Shown here: one piece after another, positions 1 to 10,922 of the stretch
Position numbering within the stretch: the stretch's first letter is position 1
Layout: each line of letters begins with the position of its first letter
DNA from: Utricularia gibba
Taxonomy: Eukaryota; Plantae; Magnoliophyta
Assembly (NCBI GenBank): GCA_002189035.1
Contig: CM007991.1
Coordinates: 1,674,001 to 1,738,000 of the forward strand
Length of the DNA stretch: 64,000 nt
Direction of reading: 5' to 3'
Notes under the pieces: generated by a model
What the model was told of the DNA's origin: nothing
What the model saw: only the letters and a program-made list of their open reading frames with translations
Database searches by the model: none
Position numbers and translations under genes: made by a program

Positions 1-168
1 AATGGCTCAAAAAAAATGCATTTTTTGATAAAAAAAATACAGGGAATTATTGAATTTGTTTATAATACATCGTTCAATAATATTTTACTACATTTTTTTT
101 TCTCATAAATCATGATATCTCAACGTAAGATGTCTAACAGTCGGACGGGAAGGGGAGAAATCACCATT

Positions 169-637
169 TCAGAAATTGAATTCAGAATCGTCCCACTGAA
201 GCACAGCGGATTCGATATTCTGCTCTCTTTTGAGTTTATCCTTGAGGAACCAGTCGCAGATTCTCCCTGCATTCAAATCCTCAATCGCGCATCCTTCTTG
301 CTCGGAAATCACCCGCAGCAAATTCAACGACGATATCTGGATCCACGAGACACAATCAACAAAAGGCATTCACCATCTTCTAAATTTTCATCCAGTAATT
401 TACCGTCAATCTGCATAAGAACCGCTCGTGGGTGCTCAACCCAGAGATTTCGACCAATCCTGCTTCCTCTAGCGTCAGAAAACTTCGCTCCTTCCGCTCC
501 TCAGCACCGGAGGATGCAGCAGCGACGATTCTTGCGTTTCTGGAGACGCCGCGTTTACGTTCGCTGGAAGTGAAGAAGCGAGGTTTGAAGATGCGATTCA
601 CTTGGTGGTTCACTGGAGGTACGAGGAGCGCGTTCAT
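169..637 (-). CDS. Small conserved plastid-targeted protein (133 aa, 2 exons: 637-404, 336-169); possibly the At4g21445/CRR9-type NDH assembly factor
   Basis: Two ORF-track fragments join in frame across a 67-nt GT-AG intron (403-337): transit-peptide-like N-terminus, then SFLTLEEAGLVEISGLSTHERFLCRLT|ISSLNLLRVISEQEGC...WFLKDKLKREQNIESAVLQWDD. The CRR9 assignment is from memory and unverified. Confidence 0.8.
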
Positions 638-1508
638 GGTTCACACGAGGCGGAAGGATCACCTTCGAATCGAGTGGCTACAAATCCGAAACAATTGGAC
701 GTTCAGACGATGAGAATTGGGCCTTCTTTTTGGACCAAAATTGGACTCAGTCGCTGACTCTAATTTTTTGGGCCTTCAGAAGCCCCAGAATTTACTTACA
801 TTTCAATTAATTTTTAGTTTTCAAATTTCAAATTTTATTTCGTTATAAACATATTTGATATATATTGTTTTTTAATCCAATTTCCAAAATTTTAATGGGT
901 TAAATTTGGATTCTAAATATTCGTGTAAATCCAATCCGACCCGACCCGTAGATATCCCTAAAATTTAGGTTCTATACTTATGTTGATAGGCATATCCTTT
1001 ATTTTGGAAATATCCATTGAGGAAGAGTATTTTTTTTTTGGAAATAGCGGTTGGAATATTTACTTTATTTTATTTTATTTTCCGTTTAATTTGGGGGTCG
1101 GTAGTCGCATACGTGGCCTTTCACGCGCCAAAATTCCAACCATATGTAGTTGTCCGTCTTAGGGCATCAAGACCTAACTTTTCTTTTCTGTCAAGCTTTT
1201 ACCTTCTCAGGATTTCGCCGTCTTCGTTGCCTCAAGAAATTCCGGATTTCTCGGTATCGCTCCAGCGAATCATCTGTTTGATTTCTCAACGATTTGTAGG
1301 TTTCCTTGTTCCGGCGGTGCGGGGTTTCTTCTTCGGTAGTAGCAGTCATTCCGTGGGGGAAAACGCGATACTTTGTTAATTGGAATAGAAATTGGAGTTT
1401 TTCGGATGTTTGCAGCCCGTTCCGTTTCATTTATATTTTGAAGATGCCCCTTGGTTGCTCAGTATCGCGGCTTTTGTTTATTGCGTTTATTGAATCTCAA
1501 TCTTCGAC

Positions 1509-4500
1509 ATGCCGGGGTAGGTGGAAAGATTCGTCTTCGTTTTTGCACTTCATTCTCGAATTGGTTTCTTTTGTTATGCTTTGTAATGTATATATCCTTA
1601 CATGACGTTTATCACAATGTGGAATTGGGGAATTGATTCTGAACATGCTGCGTTTGCACTGAGGATTGAATTAGTTTGTATAAAGACTTTCATTAAGGCT
1701 TATACGTCTGTTCTCTTTGTCATATTGATGAGGAACTGGTTTTCTTGTTTGTTTATGATGTTGCTGTCTTCGTGTAGGCTGTTGAAGGTTGGAAATTTCA
1801 GGAGAACATCAAAGTATTTATTGAATCGGACAGTGAGGTCCACATCACAAGGATCACAGTATGGATACACAGGAAGTGAGAGTTTATGCCCACCGGCATA
1901 TAAGTTTTTCTCCAGATACTTGCATGGCATTCCGCATTCATCTAATGCACCGCGTCAGTTGGGAAAGATTTCCTATACCATCATTCCTGCAGCTATTGTG
2001 GCTGCCCGCCAATCACAATCTAGATTTATTGCACACATCCTAACTAGAAAGTTTGGAGCTTCTAATGCATCATGTGAAGCGAGGAAAAGATCAGGATATC
2101 GTGCCTATCGGAGCTATGCCACTAGTTGCTCTGGTAATCTCATGGCCTGCTATGCTCATATTGCTTCGAAAAGGTTGTTTCCGACTTCTTTGTCAAAGGA
2201 CCAAGTAATGAACCGCATATCACAGGCCATCATTTTGGGCATGAGTCGTTCCTATGTTATTGTTCCTGGCTTGCTAGCTATCATGCGCGGAACCCAAGTT
2301 GCAAGTGCAGAAAATGGTCAAGATACAGGCCTACTCCAACCACGGAGTAAACTATACTTGCATGCTCAAGAAGGTCATCTTGTTTTTGCTAGTTTAATCC
2401 TTTTTACCATAGAATGCATCATGATGTTTCTAAGAGCTGCTTATCTAGCTATTCTCTTCACACCAAGCATTGCCATTGCCCCGTTTGCGGATAGCTTCGG
2501 ACCTGAGTTTAGGAAATTATGGTTACAGATTGTTCATCGAACTCTTGAAACGGCAGGTCCTGCATTTATAAAATGGGGACAATGGGCAGCCACACGGCCA
2601 GATCTTTTCCCTAGAGATTTATGTACTGAGTTGTCCAAACTCCACACAAAGGCACCTCAGCATAGCTTTGCGTACACTGAAAAGGCTATTAAAAAGGCAT
2701 TTGGCCGTGGAATCTCTGAGATTTTTGATGACTTTGAGGAAGAACCGGTGGCATCAGGAAGCATTGCACAAGTGCACCGAGCCACTTTACGTGCTGGAAT
2801 CTCTAGTCCCAAGCCAACTCTGGTGGCTGTTAAGGTGAGGCATCCAGGAGTCGGTGAATCCATCAAGAGGGATTTCGATATTATTAATGTAATTGCGAAG
2901 GGTTCGAAGTTCATTCCTGCGCTCAATTGGTTGAGATTAGATGAAAGTGTTCACCAGTTTGCAACTTTCATGATGTCTCAAGTGGATCTTGCCCGAGAGG
3001 CTGCACATTTGAGCCGCTTCATATACAACTTTCGGAGATGGAAAAATGTTTCTTTTCCCAAGCCTGTATATCCTCTAGTACATCCTGCTGTTTTGGTTGA
3101 AACATTTGAGCATGGAGAAAGTGTATCCTACTATGTGAATGTACTTGAAGGTCACAATCGTATTAAGCATGCACTGGCGCATATAGGAACTCATGCCTTG
3201 CTAAAGATGCTCTTGGTACACTTCATTCTCTTTATCTTCTCTCTTTGTATCTTAGTTGTCTGGTGTATCCACTGTGCTGTTCTCTTTCCTCGTGAGATCA
3301 TTTGTGTGTGATGTGAGATTCTTAAAGTCGCACACCTGGGTATGTTTCATATTTTAAATGTATGTGCTCTGGAATGCTATATATATGGTTTACAGAATGC
3401 GTGAGGATGCAGCTTCTGTCAAGTACAGTAGTATGCCATATTTGGGCTGGCATGACTTATTTTAGGCCTCTACTGCTGTATGCTGCAGGATTCTTTTGTA
3501 TTTTCATATCTTTAGTCATGGGAAGCAAATTGTTGCATGGGTCTCTCATTTTCCTCTCTTTGCTCGACGATAAAAAACCTTTTGATGTGTTCGAAGGGAC
3601 TCATTCGATTTGACGTTTGTTTATTTTTTCCTTTTTTATTTGTACTCAGCGCTTTTTTTTTTTCTAAATCAGGTGGACAACTTCGTTCATGCTGACATGC
3701 ATCCCGGAAACATACTTGTTCGTGCACCTCAGAGTGAGCCTCCCCGCAAAAGGATCTTCAAAGCCAAGCCACATGTTGTGTTTCTTGACGTCGGCATGAC
3801 TGCCGAACTTTCAAATAACGATCGTCTGAATCTTCTAGAGTTCTTTAAGGCAGTTGCCCGCAGAGATGGCGCAACAGCTGCTCAATGCACGCTGAAAATG
3901 TCACAAAAGCAAAATTGTCCAACGCCAAAGGCATTTATCCAGGTAAGTAGCACGTATTTGCCACTTACAAGCTACTCTACCTTCCCCTAATTGCATACAG
4001 TTCCAGGGATATGCCACCGATAATTCAATCAACGTCCCTAGAAGTATACATGATACCATTTCTCTTTATTTGTTTTTTCACCCCCTAGCACGTATGCCAT
4101 TCCAAGTTCCATCCAGTGCAATGCATCTTATGTCTGCCTTGCCTAAACTCCTGGGCTCCATGGCTCTCAACATTTTTCATGGATCGTTTCTGCCATGAGT
4201 CTGATCCCCTTCCTATTCCTACAGGAAGTGAAGGACTCCTTCGACTTCTGGGGGACCGCAGAGGGAGACTTGGTTCACCCCGCCGATTGCATGCATCATT
4301 TGCTCGAGCAAGTGCGGCGTCACAAAGTAAACGTCGACGGCAACGTTTGCACTGTAATGGTGACAGTCCTCGTGCTCGAGGTATTCTTCTTCTATCCATC
4401 TCCTCCTCCATTACCTTGGAGATCTTCTTTTTCTTGTTAGGCACCAAACGATTGATTTCCCGTTGCCTTGGTCCAAAACAGGGGTGGCAGCGGAAGCTTG

Positions 4501-4601
4501 ATCCAGACTACGATGTGATGCGCACTCTGCAGTCGTTGCTCCTGAAAGCTGGATGGGCGGAGTCCCTTTCTTACACAATTGACGGGCTCATGGCTCCGTG
4601 A
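1509..4601 (+). CDS. ABC1K: ABC1/aarF-domain atypical kinase (ABC1K, ADCK2-like); exons 1509-1516, 1778-3215, 3673-3942, 4225-4380, 4482-4601
   Basis: ABC1 motifs GPAFIKWGQWAATRPDLFP, PVASGSIAQVHRA, VAVKVRHPGV, HADMHPGN, VFLDVGM. All exon phases are consistent with GT-AG junctions. The 8-nt first exon (ATGCCGGG|GTAGGT) is inferred. Confidence 0.93.
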
Positions 4602-5551
4602 ATGGAACTGGGGATTTTTCAACTGTTAACTCCAGATAAAGGCGTGTTGATTCGCACCCACGCGTATATGAAAGATTTTGCAGCACGTTATACCCGTAAT
4701 CTCACTGATAATAAGCACCAACAATTTGGCCCTCGTTATCCTGTTTGTTTATTTTTGTTTTTATTTTTTTGGAAGGCCCTCTTATTGGTAGCTTGTATTG
4801 TAAAATAAGGCAAAATTGATCTCTTCCATTGATTAATGTGTCCACTATTCATGCACACGATCTTTTTATATTTTTGGGACAATTAACGATGCCATTTCGT
4901 GTTAATCTGTTATTTCACGAAGTTTATTATTACCACGTCTATTTTAAGGGGGATTAATACAATGTGTTAACCATCAAAATAACACAAAAAAGTATCCAAC
5001 TTTAGAGACTTTTCCTTTGCGTCCGGCACTGGGCTCAGCTTAAAGGGGTTGATTTTCTTTTAAAATATACATTAAAAACAAGTCAAAATGATATATTTTT
5101 TTTGGATTGAAAGAAAGAAAGATGAAGAAAAAGGACAACACACGGAAAGAAGTTTCTTTATTATCTTTCGGCGGCTGATGCCCTACCACCACCGGCGCAG
5201 GGACATCCATCACTCAATTAAAATTAGATTATTTGATTTTTTCTACAGTAAAATCCAATTTTAATTGTCCAATGTCCTCCAGTGCTTACTTACTAAGGAT
5301 TCCAAATTCCATGTAGCTGAGAATCCGCATTGATTGTTGGCACTCCACTAAAACAGGAATTATGAATCTTGAACCATAGATTCGAATGTCATTATTATAT
5401 ATGGTAAAGTTTTCTAATGAAAAACTTAGGGGGCCTTGAAGTATCCGTCCAATATAAGGTTCGTAGATTAATTAATTAAATTTCTTAAAAAATAAATAAT
5501 GACACCAACGAACTAATAGCACTTGTTCAGCACTCGAACCTCATCTTCGTC

Positions 5552-6697
5552 ATGGGCGGCCACCACCCTGCACCGACGTCCGAACCGGACCGGGAATCCG
5601 CCGCATCCACGCCAGGAGCCGATTCTCACAACCATGACGAATATGGCGGCCCTGCGTTTCGACCACGGCTTCGTTTCATGTGCAGCTTCGGGGGCAGAAT
5701 CTTGCCCCGTCGCCACGACAGTCAGCTCCGCTACGTCGGCGGCGACACTCGAATAGTCGCCTTCGACCGCCACACGTCCTTTTCGTTGCTCCTATCGAAA
5801 CTCTCGAAACTGTCGGGCGCAACTGATGTTAGCATAAAGTACCAGTTACCGAACGAGGATCTGGATGCGCTAATCACCGTCACCTGTGATGAGGATGTAG
5901 AGAATATGATGGAGGAGTACGATCGCGCCGTTTTGAGCCACAAATCGGCTCGCCTCCGGCTCTTCCTCTTCCCGACGGACAATTCTGTTAGGAGAGTTTC
6001 GAACATCGATTCGATCCTTGACGGTTCGTCTAAGCACCAGAACTGGTTCATCGACGCGCTCAATCGTGGCGGCACCGGTGCCTCAGGGCTAGAGCGAGGC
6101 AGGTGGAAGGTGTCGTCCATCTTCTCCGAAGCGCCGGATTATCTACTCGGGTTGGATAACCCGGACGATGTTTCAAAAGAAATCAGCGACAAGATCGAGA
6201 GTAAAAGCATTGCTGACGACGTCTCCGATTCGGATCCGGGTCCTCCCGCCCCGATCACTTCCTCTCCCTCCTGTTCCACTTCCCCTGGTCTACCACCGCC
6301 TGGGTTGCCAGTCATCCCAGATCTCCTTCCGGTTAAAACCCGACCCAAAAACTCTGTTCCACCTGAATACAACAGTGAATCGGTGGGAAAACCAATCTCA
6401 CACTCAACCGCTTTCGCCGGTGCTCCAGTCTACCATTACCAGAGCCAGGCGATGTACTTCGTCGTCCCTGGCGGAAGTACTACTGTGGAGGCGCTGCCGG
6501 TTCAACCCCAGTTCCTTCAATCCTTAAATCCGGTTGTTCAGGGCCAGGTACCCGTGGGCGCTGTTTACGCCACCGATAATCCGTTGTACCATGCTGCAAG
6601 AAACGCGGCGGTCGCTCCGGGTTCCTACAGGAGCATGGTGGAGATACCCATCTCAGGGTCTGATTCCTTTCTGGGTCGGATCTCCCGAGGATCCTAA
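5552..6697 (+). CDS. PB1 (octicosapeptide/Phox/Bem1p) domain protein, intronless, 381 aa
   Basis: Plant PB1 signature LRFMCSFGGRILPR..DSQLRYVGGDTRIV...IKYQLPNEDLDALITVTCDEDVENMMEEYD...RLRLFLF followed by a Pro/Ser-rich tail. Confidence 0.92.
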   Translation: MGGHHPAPTSEPDRESAASTPGADSHNHDEYGGPAFRPRLRFMCSFGGRILPRRHDSQLRYVGGDTRIVAFDRHTSFSLLLSKLSKLSGATDVSIKYQLPNEDLDALITVTCDEDVENMMEEYDRAVLSHKSARLRLFLFPTDNSVRRVSNIDSILDGSSKHQNWFIDALNRGGTGASGLERGRWKVSSIFSEAPDYLLGLDNPDDVSKEISDKIESKSIADDVSDSDPGPPAPITSSPSCSTSPGLPPPGLPVIPDLLPVKTRPKNSVPPEYNSESVGKPISHSTAFAGAPVYHYQSQAMYFVVPGGSTTVEALPVQPQFLQSLNPVVQGQVPVGAVYATDNPLYHAARNAAVAPGSYRSMVEIPISGSDSFLGRISRGS

Positions 6698-7134
6698 TGC
6701 TGCTTTCTTCTTAGTGCAGTACGAACCAATAGCCGCTTCTTTCTTCCCCTGGAGCGCCCTCTTTTGCTGTATTTTGGGGAAGTGTAGTGGGGGTGATTCA
6801 GTCAGAGCGAACCATGAGGAGATAGATACATAGATTTGGTGGCACTGTTCTGTGCTCTGTGGTGTGCTGCGGTAGACGATGAGCGGCCTCGAGTTTACTG
6901 CGGATTTCAGGCATAAGATATCCGGCCGGCGGGTATGAGAATTGAAATTATATTTTATTTTAATAGGACAAGCAAATAAGAGACCGAGATGAGGAGATAG
7001 ATACATTCTGTAGCGACGTCTCATGCGCGACGGGGTGCTCTATTCCCGGCGCCGACTCTGTTCTGTATTTCATCGCCCCTCCCATTTTACTCCCGATCCT
7101 CATCTCTGCTTTCACCCTACATGCGCTGCTCCTG

Positions 7135-8110
7135 ATGGCCGCCACACCGGCCAAATCGCAACCATTACACAACTTCTCCTTGCCCAGCCTCAGATGGGCC
7201 CATAAGACGCTAACTTCTGCCGGAGCCTCTACTTCTAATCCCCAACGCTTCCGTCGCCGCGAATCGCCTGATCCGAATCACACAGATCATGCCTCTGATG
7301 CGGAACTCAAGCCCAAGAAGCAACCGCCGCTCACCGCCACGGATGGGGGTTTGGAGGAGGAGAATGGGGAACCTAAGCCCTGGAACTTGCGGCCGAGGAA
7401 GGAGATCATGAAACCGGTAAAGAGGGAACTTACACTTGGTGGTGAAAATAAAGGGAATTGCGCCGCGAAATCGCAGCGGCTCAGAGGAGGGAAGCACTAC
7501 GGAGGTGTTGATAGAAAAGGGGAACCTAGGGTTTGGATTTCCTTGTCGAGGGAAGAAATTGAGGAAGATGTTTACTCTTTGACCGGCGGCCGGCCTGCCC
7601 GCAGGCCAAAAAAATGGCCTAAGAATGTTCAGAAGCAACTCGATGTATGTCCCTTGGATTCAAGTCTCCTTCATTTCAATTGAAGCCTTTTCAAATTCTC
7701 AAATTCATGTTCAAAATGGTTCTTTTTGTCTTCTCAGAGTGTGTTTCCTGGATTGTATCTGGCGGGCGTTGCTGCTGAATCCTATCGCGACACCATGCTC
7801 TGGTACTTGCTTCTTCTATTTCCTCAATTCTTTTTGATGCTCTTCCATGGATAGAAAGAACGATTGTTGCATATGTGTGCTTGGGATCACATTCAATGCT
7901 TTATTTCTTCAACGGGTATCCCAAGAAGGGGCTTTTTCACGGATGGGGATTGGTTTGATGAAGATTGGAAGATGATTGGTTTTGTGTTTATTCCGTATTG
8001 AACTTTTATAATCATTTATGTTCTTTGTTCAATAGGCATTCAGATTCTTCGTTACATAATGTGTTGTGGTAATTTTTTGAAACTGATTTTTCTGATACTC
8101 CTTATGCAGA
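7135..8110 (+). CDS. DUF1639 family protein; exons 7135-7644, 7738-7802, with the stop codon completed at the next acceptor (8110 or 8738)
   Basis: Motifs LHNFSLPSLRW, PWNLRPRK, WISLSREEIEEDVYSLTGGRPARRPKK..KNVQKQLD|SVFPGLYL. Canonical GT-AG junctions. The 3' end is inferred. Confidence 0.85.
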
Positions 8111-8943
8111 ATGGGCAACCTTGCACATTAGTAACATTGGAAAGACTGAGTTTTGCTGGAGGTCTGCCTTAGATGAAGTATACTAGAGTATCGAATTATT
8201 CACAGAGCAGCCAAAATAGATTGACGGTGCATATGTTTTATCTTTCCTTTGTTAGCTTGATATTGGGTGTCATCTATAACATATTGTTGTAGATCTTAAC
8301 CTTTGTCAGTAGCATGTAAAGATTGGGATAATTGTGAATGATTGGATTAGGTACCTCTCGTTTAATCATATCCTGTGCCTTTGCTTGAACCCTAATTCCT
8401 GCCTAGTTCTTTCGTATGATGGAAGTGCTTGTTGCTGATTAGAATATGTCGATTTGAGCATTTTAGGAAATAAGCTTAAAGCTAAACCAAGCACTTGAAA
8501 TACCTGATTCTTTTACTGCTGACTTGAGACTTATCCGATTTTGAAGGCTGTCATCAGTCCCTCTAATGGATCCATCTGCTGGTTGCACTTTCCAGTGCCC
8601 AGTATGTTTACAAGTTGATTTGGCATGAGAATCAAGAGAAATCAAGTTCAACAAGTGGCTAGGCTAGTGTAAAATCATGGTATTCCTGTTGATTGTGATG
8701 TAAACTCCCTGATTTTTTTTTTCCTTTGCAACTCCAGATTGCTCCCTATTCCCTCACTTTCTGCGTTTCTGTGGCCAGAATGTAGAACAGCCGACAGCTT
8801 ATGTCCATCCTTGTGCAACATATCCGTAGTTCTTGCATCAGCAATATCTGTTTCTAATGTCCGAAGATCAAATTCATGATGCCATATTCTTTTGTTAACA
8901 CTGACGAACTTATATCAGGATGAGCTTAACGGTGCAGTACTAA

Positions 8944-9043
8944 TATGTGAGACAATGGGATTTGCAGCAATAATAATCACACAAAGTTTCAACAAAACGA
9001 CATTATCTTAGGGTATTATGTGAGACAATGGGATTTGCAGCAA
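8944..9043. repeat. Exact 27-nt direct repeat TATGTGAGACAATGGGATTTGCAGCAA (8944-8970 and 9017-9043)
   Basis: Read directly from the sequence; lies just 3' of the CSU1 stop codon. Confidence 0.95.
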
Positions 9044-9052
9044 GTGAGGATA

Positions 9053-10435
9053 TCATGTCTTCATTGCGGGTCTAACAAGACCGAGACCGGATCCACTTCC
9101 CAAATGCTTGAAATCCTTAGCTTCGAGATTATCCCCATGCCCTGCAAAACCAGTTCCACCCTTCTTTAGGTTGACAATGTGCCGCTCCTTGCATGCTTTG
9201 TCACATACCAGACAGACCCTATCAACCACGACGAACTTGTCGGCACATTTCTTGCAGAAAATATGCCCACACGAGCTCAGGGCGATCAGTGCGAGTGTAT
9301 TTGTTAGTGAAACCTTGCAGCTTGGACAGATATAGCTCTTATCAAGAGGATTTGATGCCTTGTCATCATAGGCATCTTCAGTGAAATGCAGAGGAAAAAG
9401 AGTCTTCAGCCTAAGTTTCTCCTTCCCTTCAGGGCACACTGTATCCGATACTGGAAGTTCAACCTTTTTGGGAGCATCCGGTGTCGCAGAGGGCAACCAA
9501 AATGCTTTCATGGTTCGGAGGGCTTCTGCTTCAAAAGTGGTAGTCTTTACACTGTTTGCACCTTGGAATCCACTCTTGTCCCTGGTGTAGTTTTTATCGT
9601 TGTACTGTGGAAGAGCTCCATGATTCTGCTGATCAAACGCATCAAGTTCTCGAGCTTTCTGCATCATTAGTCTCTCTTCCTCCTCTTCCTTTTCCATCTT
9701 CTGTTGTGCAGTGTAAGCAGCCTGTTTTCTGGTTACAAAATGCACAAGTTGTCAAGAATAACGATCCGCTTGTAAATGTTTCTCTGACATATATACCATG
9801 TGGATTATAAGCAGTAAAAAGGCGAAATGGCAACCAGACCAGTCAAAATAAGGTAACTACAGTTTCGTGACAAAAGCAAAGGGAACGTTCCAATACAATC
9901 GACCAGGTGAAATGGCAACAAGACGAGCGAGTTTCGACCAGAATCGTAAAACAAATCCCCGGTGTTTGTTGATCAGGAAACGTTCCAATACAAACAACAA
10001 ACACACGCGTGTACAAGGAGAAGCCACAAAGTTCTAACATCCTCTTACCGATTAAAGTTATCAAAAGGTTTATCATCAGCGCAGAAAAAAATAGAGCACA
10101 ATGAAAGGACCATAGCATTACCAGATTGACAATAAATCAACCTCCAGCACAAATCAAGCAGAATAATCAATTCCACCGCTAAGAAAAAAAACCAACCTTT
10201 GAATATCTTTTTTCTGCGCCAAGAGACACTCGAGAATGCACTCTTTACAAAAAACATGGCCCCCCTGGCAACACATCGGGTCGATGAAAGGCTTCAAGCA
10301 GAGGCAACATGCGTCGAAGGGCTTTATCGAATCTTTGCCGAGCCTCTCCTTCTGCGTACCGTATCCAAGCTTCCGCTTCTCATCGTATGTAAAAATTGCA
10401 AGATCATTGTTGTTCTTCGAGTGCCTCTGAGGCAT
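9053..10435 (-). CDS. CSU1: NOSIP-like RING E3 ligase (COP1 SUPPRESSOR 1 homolog); exons 10435-10197, 9728-9053
   Basis: N-terminus MPQRHSKNNNDLAIFTYDEKRKLGYGTQKERLGKDSIKPFDACCLCLKP and C-terminal RING (CPSCKVSLTN...CGHIFCKKC...CLVC...GGTGFAGHG). The exons join in phase 2. Confidence 0.95.
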
Positions 10436-10922
10436 ATTTCACGATCTAGTTAACGGATCCAAAGATTCACCGGTGAGGTTTTTCAATTCGCGGGAAATTG
10501 TGGAAACCCTAGAACCAAGGATTCCCCTCTTCAAGCTGTAACGCTTTCAAATTCCAAACTCCAGCGGACGCGCTTTTACGAATATATCCTCATTTTAAGC
10601 CTATCAGCGTTGGCCACGTCTCCCTCTTATTTTCGTAATATGTTTTTATTATTTTATAAAAATAACAGTAAATCATGCACTGGAACTGTAATAAAGGTGC
10701 GGCTGCCTATAGCAGCAGACCCGACAAAGTAGGATTAATACAAACTCTGTAAGAACAACACAAGCATCACTTCGTCAGTTGCAGAAGCTGAATTCATCTC
10801 ATCACAGCCCTACGACTAAATTTAGCACCGGTTCCTGTTTCTATTCCACACAGACGCTTACTTCTTCGACTTATATCACTTCAGAAACTATGGAACTATG
10901 GAGCTTCCTCTTGCTTTCTCCT

